From: a virus
Lineage: Duplodnaviria > Caudoviricetes
Virus record (IMG/VR): IMGVR_UViG_3300032296_001520
Coordinates: 1 to 59,488 of that record
DNA: 59,488 nt
Strand: one strand, 5' to 3'
The position numbers and the translations under genes were made by a program. Positions 15,939 through 25,673 of this stretch are shown in pieces. The notes under the pieces are model-generated. The model was not told the DNA's origin, searched no databases, and worked only from the letters and a program-made list of their open reading frames with translations. Position 1 is the first letter of the stretch, and the number at the start of each line of letters is the position of its first letter.

Positions 15939-15974
15939 GTCATTCGCTCCTTATTTTGCGCTTCAAAAAACCAT

Positions 15975-16036
15975 GTTGACGAACGCTTAACATGCGTTGA
16001 CGTTCTGTCAATAGGAAAAATTCACCAAATGTCAAC
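15975..16036 (-). promoter_or_regulatory. Early promoter region (two TTGACA boxes)
   Basis: TGTCAA at about 16006 and 16030 on + (TTGACA on -); repeated GTTGACG heptamers at about 15975 and 15996. Confidence 0.55.
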
Positions 16037-16044
16037 TCCGACAA

Positions 16045-16370
16045 AAATGTAACAAAAATCGCCAATTTGTAACCGAATGTAACATTAATTGTTACGCTCT
16101 CAGCCGCAGTTTTCCGCCGTTGTAACAAATGTAACAGGATTTCAGAATGTATAGCCCTATACCCTTAAAAACACCCATAGGTGTGTTACCAATATAATAC
16201 ACCTCTATATATATAACTATATATCTATATATATTGTTACATTAGTGAATAAACGGCGGATTTCTGGGACTGAGGGTGTAACATCGGAATGATACATTTG
16301 TTACATCCGTTACATTTTCGGTAAGAAACGGCGGATTTACGTTGTTGCGGCGGATCGTGTTTGTTACACT
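16045..16370. repeat. TGTAAC/GTTAC(A) iteron-like array around an AT-rich core; putative replication origin
   Basis: About 12 copies, mainly TGTAAC to the left and GTTACA to the right of TATATATATAACTATATATCTATATATAT; AAACGGCGGATTT twice. Confidence 0.7.
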
Positions 16371-17009
16371 GGCGCTTGATGTGCGCTAAAACGCACTGGG
16401 AGGCCTCTGGAGCGCGATCTGGAAGCAGCGCATCATCGGCGCGCGCGCGCATCCGGCCTGCGTTCATGCGCTGGCCGTCGCGCCGGATCTGACAGCGTTG
16501 TCATACTCAGTGCCGCCCAGCGATTTTCCCCCGGAGATTTCCCGCGCGAGATGATCCGCTATGATCGACCGTCATCGTCCCGGACAATCACGCCACCTCA
16601 ACAAGCCGAACGCATGCGCGCCCGGCAATGCCAGCCGTCAAGGTCACGGCAAAATAACGCCAGCCGACCGCGACGTGCGACAGTGCCCCTGTGACCGCGC
16701 GCCACCCCCCACGGAGGCACAAATGCAGGGACGGGCGCGATTTCATATCGTATATACCCCTCTCAATCCGTGTTTACGCAGAAAAAATTATGGCTGGAGG
16801 GGCGGCCCCCCACCCCCTGAAAATTGAGTTGAGGCGGGGGGTGTTTGATTTTGGGTTGTTAAATTTGGGATTTTGAAAATTTGGGGTTCGCATAGCCCCC
16901 CTCTTTACATTTGGGTTGGAAGTGTCTTATGTTGTTCTGGAGCGGCGCTGTGGTCGATGTGATGTTCCCTTCCGTCTATTGGAGCGGTGCCGCTCAACCG
17001 GAGAAAAGA

Positions 17010-17594
17010 ATGGCTGACGACGAAGAGGCCGCTTTAGATTTGTGGGATCGCACTGTGATGGACGGTGTGAACGGCGACACGAAGATGACGCCGGACGCTA
17101 TTTTTGTGCGTGAGTATGTTCGCACGGGCGATGAGGTTTTGGCTGTGAGTCGTGCTGGATTGAATGACAGTCGCTATGCGTTGAGTGTGGTGGCGGAGTA
17201 TCATTTGGCGCGTCCTGAGATACAGGCTGCTATATTGATTCAGCGGGAGTTATTTAAGGAATTGGAGACATCGCGTCTTCGGTTGATGGGGGGATATTCG
17301 CGAGAGTTGATTTTGGATGATTTGGAGAAGTTGCATCAGAAGGCGAGTGATGACGGGGCGTATGCGCCGGCGATAAGTGCGAAGAAGGTACAGGCTCAGT
17401 TGCTGGGATTTTTGGATCAGACGGTGAATATTCGGCATTCGTTGGAGCCGCGAGAGATGACGACGGACGAGCTTCGTCGTCGGATTGCGGATTTGAGTGG
17501 GGTGGCGGGCGAGCTGCCGCCGCCGGAGGTTGATAGGCCGGCGATAATCGAGGCTGAGTATGTTGAGGTGAAGGGGAATGACGATGCGGTATAG
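17010..17594 (+). CDS. terS: Terminase small subunit (putative)
   Basis: FVREY...A..RAG......A...L..PEIQAAI HTH pattern; upstream of TerL; GGAG RBS before ATG 17010. Confidence 0.7.
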   Translation: MADDEEAALDLWDRTVMDGVNGDTKMTPDAIFVREYVRTGDEVLAVSRAGLNDSRYALSVVAEYHLARPEIQAAILIQRELFKELETSRLRLMGGYSRELILDDLEKLHQKASDDGAYAPAISAKKVQAQLLGFLDQTVNIRHSLEPREMTTDELRRRIADLSGVAGELPPPEVDRPAIIEAEYVEVKGNDDAV

Positions 17595-17832
17595 TATTGG
17601 GTTTATGGGCGGGTTTTCGGATGGCGATTTTTCGGCGGCTCTGGCGGCGGATGGCGATGAGACGACGCTGACACTGACGAAGGGTGCTGTTTTTAATGCG
17701 TGGCTGACGGAAGATTGGCGGATTAAGCTGCTTGAGGGTCCGGTTGGCGAGGTTCCTGCGTGTGTTATGAACCGGAAGAAGGTGCATGAGCTGGTGGATG
17801 CGTGGCTGGACGGCGTGGAGTTTGACGTGTGA
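17578..17832 (+). CDS. Hypothetical protein
   Basis: ORF track; coupled overlaps. Confidence 0.55.
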   Translation: MTMRYSIGFMGGFSDGDFSAALAADGDETTLTLTKGAVFNAWLTEDWRIKLLEGPVGEVPACVMNRKKVHELVDAWLDGVEFDV

Positions 17833-18089
17833 GTAAGCCGGATCTGAAGGTTGTCGGGGAGATTAGCCCACCGGATTACCGTGATGCGGTGAAGATGCTG
17901 CGTAATTTGGCGGATGACATTGAGGCGGGGGAATTTGGTGCGGTGAATTCGCTTGTGCTGGTTCGTTTTGGAGATAATGGCTTGCAGGTTCATGTAGGTG
18001 GGCGCGATTCGGACTTCGGGACTGCGATGTTGCTGTTGACGGCGGGTGTTAACAAGCTGACTGGGCCGCTGTTAGAGCACGGCGAGTGA
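17829..18089 (+). CDS. Hypothetical protein
   Basis: LRNLADDIEAGEFG motif; coupled to TerL. Confidence 0.65.
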   Translation: MSKPDLKVVGEISPPDYRDAVKMLRNLADDIEAGEFGAVNSLVLVRFGDNGLQVHVGGRDSDFGTAMLLLTAGVNKLTGPLLEHGE

Positions 18090-20614
18090 GCGACGACGCT
18101 GGCACACTGAAGGCGCTGATGGAGGAGCTGCTGCTGCGGGAGGAGGCGCAGCAGTCTCTAGCGAAGTACATTGAATATGTGAGCGGGCTGAAGCCGCCGA
18201 AGCACATCGAATTGCTGTGTGAGAAGCTGGAAGCCGTAGCGGAAGGTAAGATTAAGCGCCTGATGATCAGTATGCCACCGGGGCATGCGAAGGCTCTGGC
18301 GCTCGATACACCGATACCGACGCCAGATGGCTGGCGCGTGATGGGCGAACTGCGTGTTGGTGATTATGTGTTTGATGAGAAGGGTGCGCCGACGCGGGTT
18401 GTTGGCGTCTCTGAGGTTTGGCGAGACCGTCCGGTGTATCGCGTGACGACGGCTGAGGGTGATGAGATTATTGCGGATGAGGCTCATGAGTGGACTGTGC
18501 GCCGCTGTCGCAAGCGCGATGTTTGGAAGACGTATGAAACAGGCGAATTGTATCGCAAGCAGGAGGAAGGGCAGCGGCCAGCGAAGGTCATGACTGCGGG
18601 AGCCCTTCAGCTGCAGCCGAAAGAATTTTTGATTCATCCGTATGTTTTGGGTTGCTGGCTTGGTGATGGAACATCGACGACGGCTCAATTTACGTCGATG
18701 GACGAAGAGATTATTGAACGCCTGCACGCGATTGAAGGTGGCGATTTAAGGATTGCGACGCAGCGCAGGGGCCGGGCGATTGCGTTTAGGATTGGTCCGA
18801 ACGGATTGATGGATCGGGAGGCGTGTCTGGCGACGCGGCTGCGTAAAATCGGCGTTATGGGTAATAAGCACATACCAGATACGTATTTCTGGGGGTCAGA
18901 AGAGCAGAGATGGGATTTGCTGCATGGCCTGATGGACACGGACGGGACGGTGAGCAAAGCGGGGCAGGCGACGTTTTATGCATCGAATGAGCGTCTAGCG
19001 CGCGATTTTCAGCAGTTAGCGTTTTCACTGGGGTTGAAACCTAAGCTGTCGTCGGGGCAGTCGAAGCTATATGGAGTTCAGCATAAAACGTGCTGGCGGG
19101 TTTCGTTTTACTCGGCGAATGCGGCTTGGTTGCCAAGGAAACGGAAGCGCGCGCGTGACGCCGATTACTATAAATATCGTCATCTGAAGTTTGAGCCCGC
19201 TGGATTTGCCGATACGGTGTGTATTGAGGTTGAGGCGGAGTCTCACCTGTTTTTGTGTGGGCGGTCGATGGTGCCGACGCATAACAGTTTCACGGCGTCG
19301 CAGCACTTTCCGGCGTGGTATTTGAGTAAATACGGGAAGAAGAACCTGATCTGCGCGACGCACACGCAGGAGCTGTCGGATAGCTTTGGTTTGAAGGTGC
19401 GTAATCTGATGAAATCGGACGAGCACAGGAAGGTTTTCCCGGAGGCTGGGATCAGTGCGGATAAGACGGCGGCTGGCGAGTGGATGACGCTGGATGATGG
19501 GTCGTATAAGGCGACCGCTGTGGGCGCGTCGGTAACGGGTCGTCGCGGTCACATGCTGATCGGGGATGATTTGCTGTCGGGGATTGAGGCGGCGGAGAGT
19601 GAGAGTCACCGCAAGAAACTCTGGGCATGGTATAACAGCGATTTCTATACGCGGCGTGTGGACGATGACACGGCGATCATCCTGATTGGGACGCGCTGGC
19701 ACTTGGGCGATCACTTCGGGATGCTGGATCAGGAAGAGCGGGACGGCACGGGCGAGAAGTGGGAGCGTGTAATCCTGCCAGCGCTGGCTTTGGAGAACGA
19801 TCCTCTGGGAAGAGAGCCGGGCGAGGCGTTGTGGGAGTCGCAGTTTAGCCGAGAGAACCTTGAGAAGATCCGGCAGCGCTCATCGACGACGGCGCGGATG
19901 TGGTCGTCGTTGTATCAGCAGAACCCGGTGGTGGATTCGGGCGGCATTATTGACGGAACGTGGTTTAAGTGGTGGCGGCAGCCTGAGCCGCCGAAAATCC
20001 AGTATGTCATTCAGGCATGGGATACGGCGCTGACGGCGAATAAAACTTCCGCATATAGCGCGAGCACGACGTGGGGCGTGTTTGAGGACGATAACGGAAT
20101 TCCGAATATCATATTGCTATCGGCATGGCGGGATCGGGCTGAATGGCCAGTGCTGCGGCGGATGGTGCAGCGAATGGCGAATGATTACCGAGACGATAAC
20201 TATAAGCTGCCGATTAAGCCGAAGTCTGGGCGCAAGCCGGATACGATTTTGGTAGAGGCTAAGGCGAACGGGCAGATGCTGATCTTGGATCTCGCGAGGG
20301 CGGGGATTGTGGCGACGCCGTTTAACCCAGATAAGCACGGCGATAAGATTGCGCGCGTTCGGTTAGTCACGGATTTGATTGAGAACGGGCGGGTATGGCT
20401 TCCGGCAGTAGGCCCGACGTATCAGCAGTTGCGGAAATGGGCTGAGGAATTTTTGCAGCAGTGCGTGCAGTTCCCGGCTGCGGATTCGCGTGACTGGGTG
20501 GACACGATGACGATGGCGCTGTTGAGGATTAAACAGTCGGGCTGGGTCTCGAATACGGAAAACCCGTATGAGGAGGTTTATGATACGCCAAGAGAGGCTG
20601 TCGCGTTTTATTGA
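18086..20614 (+). CDS. terL: Terminase large subunit with intein
   Basis: RLMISMPPGHAK|S Walker A, TGRRG..LIGDD Walker B, IGTRWH.GD, LYQQNP, QAWDTA nuclease and D.VDT.TMAL motifs. Confidence 0.95.
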   Translation: MSDDAGTLKALMEELLLREEAQQSLAKYIEYVSGLKPPKHIELLCEKLEAVAEGKIKRLMISMPPGHAKALALDTPIPTPDGWRVMGELRVGDYVFDEKGAPTRVVGVSEVWRDRPVYRVTTAEGDEIIADEAHEWTVRRCRKRDVWKTYETGELYRKQEEGQRPAKVMTAGALQLQPKEFLIHPYVLGCWLGDGTSTTAQFTSMDEEIIERLHAIEGGDLRIATQRRGRAIAFRIGPNGLMDREACLATRLRKIGVMGNKHIPDTYFWGSEEQRWDLLHGLMDTDGTVSKAGQATFYASNERLARDFQQLAFSLGLKPKLSSGQSKLYGVQHKTCWRVSFYSANAAWLPRKRKRARDADYYKYRHLKFEPAGFADTVCIEVEAESHLFLCGRSMVPTHNSFTASQHFPAWYLSKYGKKNLICATHTQELSDSFGLKVRNLMKSDEHRKVFPEAGISADKTAAGEWMTLDDGSYKATAVGASVTGRRGHMLIGDDLLSGIEAAESESHRKKLWAWYNSDFYTRRVDDDTAIILIGTRWHLGDHFGMLDQEERDGTGEKWERVILPALALENDPLGREPGEALWESQFSRENLEKIRQRSSTTARMWSSLYQQNPVVDSGGIIDGTWFKWWRQPEPPKIQYVIQAWDTALTANKTSAYSASTTWGVFEDDNGIPNIILLSAWRDRAEWPVLRRMVQRMANDYRDDNYKLPIKPKSGRKPDTILVEAKANGQMLILDLARAGIVATPFNPDKHGDKIARVRLVTDLIENGRVWLPAVGPTYQQLRKWAEEFLQQCVQFPAADSRDWVDTMTMALLRIKQSGWVSNTENPYEEVYDTPREAVAFY
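18293..19285 (+). mobile_element. Class 3 intein (331 aa) with LAGLIDADG homing endonuclease
   Basis: Starts ALALDTPIPTPDGW, block B ADEAHEW, block F TVCIEV, ends PTHN|S; PYVLGCWLGDG and LLHGLMDTDG endonuclease motifs. Confidence 0.92.
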
Positions 20615-20645
20615 CGCCTTAAATGACACGTGATAGGAAGACGAA

Positions 20646-23027
20646 ATGGCTAGAAAACCAACCACGCTTGAAGACACGCTTCGACCAGCCTTTGAAGGCA
20701 TTGGCGGCGTTGATGTTGACATGCCAAGCGAGGGTATTGAGTTTGAACTGGACGAGGCAGAGCCGCAGATGGTGGACGGCGCTGAGGTTGTGGAGACCGA
20801 AGACGGCGGCGTTGAAATTAATTTCGATCCAGACACCGACCTGCCAGAAGAACCGGAGTTCTGTGCGAATCTGGCGCTCTACATGGACGATATGGACTTG
20901 AATTCGCTGGCCGAGATGTTGCTCAGTGGCGTTGAAGAGGATCGCCAGTCGCGTAGTGACTGGGAAGCAACGATGTCTGAAGGCATTAAGTTAATGGGCC
21001 TGAAGATGGAGGATCGGCAGACGCCGTTTAAGGGCGCTTGCGGTGTATTTGACCCACTCTTGGCGGAGGCTGTGGTGCGCTGGCAGGCGGTGGCTTGTGG
21101 GGAGCTATTGCCAGCCGGCGGCCCGGTTAAAACGCAGATTGTTGGGGTTGCGAATGAGCAGTTGGAGGCTCAGGCGTCGCGCGTTCAGCAGTTTATGAAC
21201 CTCTATTTGACGGATCTCGCCCCAGAATTCTATGAAGAATTCGACCAGATGCTATTATGGCTGCCTCTGGTGGGTTCGACGTTCAAGAAGACGTATCAGG
21301 ATCGCCTACTGGGCCGCCCGGTGAGTCGGTTTGTGCTCTCGGATAACTTTATCGTGGCCTATAACACGACGGATTTAACGACTTCGCCGCGCTTCTGCCA
21401 CATTACGCCAATGACGCGCCGCAATTTCAGGCTTGCTCAGCTGGCTGGCGTGTATCGCGACATTGATATTGGTGACCCGCAGGGGGATGATGGCAGCCAG
21501 ACTCCGATACAGGCGGAAATTGATGGGGTGCAGGGTGTTGAACCGGGCGCAGAGGGAACTGAAGAGTATCGCATTTACGAAGTCTATGCGGATTTAAATT
21601 TAGTTGGCTTTGAGAATGAAAATGGCATTCCTCTGCCGTATATTGTTTCGATTGAAGAGGGCAGCCGGAAGGTTCTGTCGATTTACCGGAACTATCAAGA
21701 GGACGATATCACGTTTCAGCGTGAGGATTGCTTCACCCACTATAAGTTTATTCCCGGCTTGGGCTTCTATGGTCTTGGCTATGCTCACTTGCTGGGCAAT
21801 TCAGCAAAAACCGCGACGGCAATTCGTCGCCAGCTGATTGATGCTGGCACACTGAATAACTTTCCGGGCGGCTTGCGCGTCAAAGGCATGAAGATCGAGG
21901 ACAATAATATTGGGATTGGCCCGACTGAGTTCCGCGAGATTGATACGGGCGGCCTGCCGATTCAGAACGCGATCATGACGATGCCCTATAAAGAGCCGTC
22001 TGGTGTAGCTCTTTCATTGCTGAAGGAAACTTATGAGAGTGCGCGCAATCTTGCTAACACGGCAGAGATTGCCGTGGGTGAAGGCCGACAGGATGCGCCA
22101 GTCGGAACGACTGTTGCTCTTATAGAAGCGGCGACCAGACTGCAATCTGCCACGCTTAAGAGGGTTCGCAAGGCGTTTAGCCGCGAGCTAAAAAAGATTG
22201 CCAATCTGTTTGGCAGATATCTCCCTAATGAGCCATATCCGTTTCCGGTTCGCGGCGGAATGTCCGCTATCATGCGGCAGGACTTCGAGAATAACATCGA
22301 TGTTATCCCGGTCAGCGATCCTAATGTTTCGTCTTCGGCTCAGCGCATGATGCGGGCGGAAGCCCTTCTTCGCTTCGCCACGCAGCAGCCTGACCAGCAT
22401 AATATCCGCGAAGCATATAAGCAGATGTATGTTGAGATGGGTATTCCGCAGGAAAAGATTGAACTCCTCATTCGGCCTGAAGAGCGGCGCGCACAGCCGC
22501 TGGACCCTCTAACGGAGAACCAGAACGCGATCATGGGAATGCCTTTGGTGGCTGGCGCATATCAGGATCACGACGCGCATATCGCCTCACACGCCCCGAT
22601 TGCAGCTGAAAACCCATCCCTTCAGGCGCATATCAATGAGCACTTGGCGTTAAAAATGCGAGCTCAGGTAGAGCAGATTATTGGGCAGCCTCTTCCGCCT
22701 CCGGGCCAGCCATTGCCACCGCAGATTGAAAATCAGATTGCGGTCATGGTTGCACAGGCGATGCAGCAGCTTGCTCCGCTGTATAAGCCGCAGGAGCAGC
22801 CAGATCCATATCTTGAGATCGAGCAAGCGAAGATAGCTCAGAAGCAGGAGAAGGCTCAGACCGACGCAGAGTCGAGAGAGCGCGTTGCTGAAATCACAGC
22901 GGCGGCTGACATGGCTGATACTGCAGCTCGAGAACGGACGGCAACGCTTCGAGTATTTGCCGATCTGGCAGATAATCCTGCACCACCTGAACCATACTCA
23001 ATTGAATTTATTGGAGGTCAACAATGA
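20646..23027 (+). CDS. Portal protein
   Basis: 793 aa directly after TerL; PF.GA.GV..PLL.EA, LPL.GS.FKK.Y and GFYGLG motifs; Gln/Pro-rich C-terminal helical tail. Confidence 0.88.
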   Translation: MARKPTTLEDTLRPAFEGIGGVDVDMPSEGIEFELDEAEPQMVDGAEVVETEDGGVEINFDPDTDLPEEPEFCANLALYMDDMDLNSLAEMLLSGVEEDRQSRSDWEATMSEGIKLMGLKMEDRQTPFKGACGVFDPLLAEAVVRWQAVACGELLPAGGPVKTQIVGVANEQLEAQASRVQQFMNLYLTDLAPEFYEEFDQMLLWLPLVGSTFKKTYQDRLLGRPVSRFVLSDNFIVAYNTTDLTTSPRFCHITPMTRRNFRLAQLAGVYRDIDIGDPQGDDGSQTPIQAEIDGVQGVEPGAEGTEEYRIYEVYADLNLVGFENENGIPLPYIVSIEEGSRKVLSIYRNYQEDDITFQREDCFTHYKFIPGLGFYGLGYAHLLGNSAKTATAIRRQLIDAGTLNNFPGGLRVKGMKIEDNNIGIGPTEFREIDTGGLPIQNAIMTMPYKEPSGVALSLLKETYESARNLANTAEIAVGEGRQDAPVGTTVALIEAATRLQSATLKRVRKAFSRELKKIANLFGRYLPNEPYPFPVRGGMSAIMRQDFENNIDVIPVSDPNVSSSAQRMMRAEALLRFATQQPDQHNIREAYKQMYVEMGIPQEKIELLIRPEERRAQPLDPLTENQNAIMGMPLVAGAYQDHDAHIASHAPIAAENPSLQAHINEHLALKMRAQVEQIIGQPLPPPGQPLPPQIENQIAVMVAQAMQQLAPLYKPQEQPDPYLEIEQAKIAQKQEKAQTDAESRERVAEITAAADMADTAARERTATLRVFADLADNPAPPEPYSIEFIGGQQ

Positions 23028-23476
23028 AGATGACTGATTTGCGGGCAAAGGCTCGCGCTATTTTTGGGTCTGCGATTGCCGAGCCCATGCCAAAACAGCC
23101 GAACGGCGCAAAGGCGCTGCAGGAGCGAGCGAACGCGCGCCCAATCCCGACCTACAAGGTTGGTGGCGCTGTGAAAAAGCCGACGCCTCCGGGGCCGACC
23201 GCTGCTGAGCGCGAGGCTGCGAGGCGGCAGAATGAAAGCCTCAAGAAGGCTAAGGTCACGAAGAAGGAGGGCGAGGTTATTAATAGCGCCAATCGTTCCG
23301 AGGGTGGCATGAAGAAGGGTGGCAAAGTCGGCGCGTATGCTGACGGCGGCAAGGTAATGGATGAGCGCATCGCGGCGCGCATGGCTGCTGGAAATTATAA
23401 GAGTGGTGGCGAGCCGAAAAAACCCGTCAAGCGGGCCGCCGGTGGCGCTGGCAAGACTCGCAAGGGGATGTGCTGA
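23024..23476 (+). CDS. Basic virion-associated protein with xxGG motifs
   Basis: YKVGG, MKKGGKV, YADGGKV, YKSGG, RAAGG. Confidence 0.7.
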   Translation: MKMTDLRAKARAIFGSAIAEPMPKQPNGAKALQERANARPIPTYKVGGAVKKPTPPGPTAAEREAARRQNESLKKAKVTKKEGEVINSANRSEGGMKKGGKVGAYADGGKVMDERIAARMAAGNYKSGGEPKKPVKRAAGGAGKTRKGMC

Positions 23477-23724
23477 TGAACAAACGCGGCTGCTCAGTCA
23501 AAGCTTATGGCGACGTGATTAAGAAGGCTGCTGGCGGTAAGGTTCAAACCTCTGCCGATACGGCCCGCAAGCTGGCCACTGAAATGGGAGGCATGAGGGC
23601 GGGGGGCAAGCCTGTGAAGAAAGCCAAGGGTGGGGCAGGTAAGGTTCGTAAGGGCATGATGTCCCCATCTGGTAAGATGCTCCAGCCTGTGAAGCCGAAG
23701 TCTGGTCTGGGGTCTTCTTTCTAA
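23470..23724 (+). CDS. Basic protein with xxGG motifs
   Basis: KAAGGKV, MRAGG, KAKGGAGK. Confidence 0.65.
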   Translation: MLMNKRGCSVKAYGDVIKKAAGGKVQTSADTARKLATEMGGMRAGGKPVKKAKGGAGKVRKGMMSPSGKMLQPVKPKSGLGSSF

Positions 23725-23912
23725 TGCCAAGTCGGTCGAAGCGGCAGTTCAGGATGATGGCCGCCGCTTCGGCCAGCCCCGCCTTTGCCAAGAAGGTTGG
23801 TGTATCGACGAAAGTCGCAAAAGAATTCCACGCGAAAGATCGCGGGCAATCATATAAAAAACTACCGGAGACAAAAAATGAGCGCACAGGAACTAAGTCG
23901 CAGAGCGGTTGA
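23724..23912 (+). CDS. Small basic protein
   Basis: MPS.SK.Q.R.MAAA...P.FAKKVGV..KVAKEF motif typical of podovirus head modules. Confidence 0.7.
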   Translation: MPSRSKRQFRMMAAASASPAFAKKVGVSTKVAKEFHAKDRGQSYKKLPETKNERTGTKSQSG

Positions 23913-24159
23913 GCGCATAGTTGAACTGCGGGACCGCGCCACAGAATACAGTTTAAATGCACGTTTTAGGCCGTCAACCTACGGGGATAGCTACATCCCT
24001 GCCGTGTCGGCGGAGGAGATTGCTCTTCAGGTTTTGGAGGGGAATGCGTTGGTACGCGGATATACGGCTGCAATAGCTGCGATCAACGATGAATATAAGC
24101 GTATGATGCAGCCAGATGAAGACAAGAAACCGGAGCAAGAAAGAGGGAGTCATTACTAA
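23878..24159 (+). CDS. Hypothetical protein
   Basis: Start MSAQEL after GGAG RBS; TAATG coupling to the GroES-like gene. Confidence 0.65.
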   Translation: MSAQELSRRAVERIVELRDRATEYSLNARFRPSTYGDSYIPAVSAEEIALQVLEGNALVRGYTAAIAAINDEYKRMMQPDEDKKPEQERGSHY

Positions 24160-24617
24160 TGAGCATGAGTAATATTGAGCCGCACGAAGAAGAGCTTGCT
24201 AAGCAGCTTATCGATGAGCAATTCGTGGACATTACTGGCCAGCCGTTTGATATGCGGCCAGCTGGCTATCTGGTGGCTGTTAAGATCTATGTGCGGCCAG
24301 AAGAGCTGAAAACGATTACGCAGGATGACGGCACGGAAGTGACTCTGTACCTGCCTGACGCGGTGCGCGCCGAGGATAAATACTCTTCGGTTTCTGCGTT
24401 GGTTTGTGCCGTTGGGCCTGAGGCCTATCAAGGAGAGAAGTTTGAACGATCTGGACCTTGGTGCAAAGTTGGCGACTGGATCTTAATTCCACGCTACGAA
24501 TCAACGATGGTTTCTTATCGCGGAGTCGCAATGGCGCTTCTACCTGATGATCGCGTCATGGCGGTTATTTCTGGTCCAGAAGATGTCACGTCAGGCAAGT
24601 ACGCTGGCAATTTTTAA
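24159..24617 (+). CDS. GroES-like co-chaperonin
   Basis: V.AVGPEAY...GPWCKVGDW....RY........LL.DD.V.AVI (Cpn10-like). Confidence 0.8.
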   Translation: MSMSNIEPHEEELAKQLIDEQFVDITGQPFDMRPAGYLVAVKIYVRPEELKTITQDDGTEVTLYLPDAVRAEDKYSSVSALVCAVGPEAYQGEKFERSGPWCKVGDWILIPRYESTMVSYRGVAMALLPDDRVMAVISGPEDVTSGKYAGNF

Positions 24618-24627
24618 GGAGTAGAGC

Positions 24628-25671
24628 ATGTCAGAAGACACAGAAATTTCAGAACTTCCGTTGACCGAAGATGGTCCAACTGAAGATGTGGACATTGAAA
24701 TCACCGAAGAGGATCTTGGTGAAAGCTTGGCCGATTATCAGGAAAGCGAACCTGAAGAACAGGAGCCTGAACAGGAGCCTGAAGAAGCGGTCGTCGAAGA
24801 GGAGTCTGAAGAGGAGGAGGCTCCGAAACGTAAACGCTCACCTGAAAAGCGTATAGCCGAACTGGCGCGTAAGGCGGCTGACGCCGAACGACGAGCGCAG
24901 GAGGCTGAGGCAAAAATTCAGCAGGTCGAGCAGCAACGCCATCAATCTGATCTGGCGATGATGACGCACTATGAGCAGCGCCTTCACGGTCGTGCAGAAG
25001 AGGTGAAGCGTCAGCTTATTGACGCTCACTCCATTGGGGATAGTGAACGAATCGTTGAGCTCCAAGGTGAGTTTTTCAAGCTTCAATCTGATCTTAATCA
25101 GATCGACTCATGGAAGGCGCAGCAGGAGCTTAACGCGCCTCAGCCCAAGCAGGCAGCCGAGGCTCAGGCGCGTCAAGTAGAGGGGCAGCCTCAGCCAACT
25201 CTGGAGCCTCGCACGGCCAACTGGATACAAAAGAACCCTTGGTTTCAGCCAAACTCAAGCGACTTTGATCCTGAAATGCACGAGGAAGCTACGATTTATG
25301 CCCGCCGAATTGAACGGCGTTATCGCTCTGAGGGAAGAGAGGATGAAATTGGCGGAGTTGATTATTTCACGGAGATTGATCGTCACATGCAAATTGAGTT
25401 TCCTGACGCATTTAGCGAGCGATCAACTCCATCGAAAAAGGTTCCTCCAATGAGTCGTCAATCGAATGTCGCCCCCGTTGGGCGAAGTGCAAATCCGGGG
25501 CAGCCGGCAAAGAATACCAAGTCGATCCGGCTGACGGCTGACCAACGGCGCATGGCGCATCAGTTGGCGCAATCAGGGGCTATTAAAAACGCAAAGGGTG
25601 GCCGGATGACTGAGGTGGAGGCGGAAAAATATTACGCCGTTCACATGATGAAACAAAATAAAGGAGCATAA
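24628..25671 (+). CDS. Scaffolding protein (putative)
   Basis: Acidic N-terminus, coiled coil, W...NPWF, C-terminal IRLT..QR..A motif; upstream of capsid genes. Confidence 0.7.
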   Translation: MSEDTEISELPLTEDGPTEDVDIEITEEDLGESLADYQESEPEEQEPEQEPEEAVVEEESEEEEAPKRKRSPEKRIAELARKAADAERRAQEAEAKIQQVEQQRHQSDLAMMTHYEQRLHGRAEEVKRQLIDAHSIGDSERIVELQGEFFKLQSDLNQIDSWKAQQELNAPQPKQAAEAQARQVEGQPQPTLEPRTANWIQKNPWFQPNSSDFDPEMHEEATIYARRIERRYRSEGREDEIGGVDYFTEIDRHMQIEFPDAFSERSTPSKKVPPMSRQSNVAPVGRSANPGQPAKNTKSIRLTADQRRMAHQLAQSGAIKNAKGGRMTEVEAEKYYAVHMMKQNKGA

Positions 25672-25673
25672 TA

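Noticed and set aside
17250-17993. Long antisense ORFs opposite terS, terL and the capsid gene (e.g. 19067-19714, 27037-27705)
   Set aside because: Shadow ORFs caused by strand and codon bias; no RBS or protein motifs.
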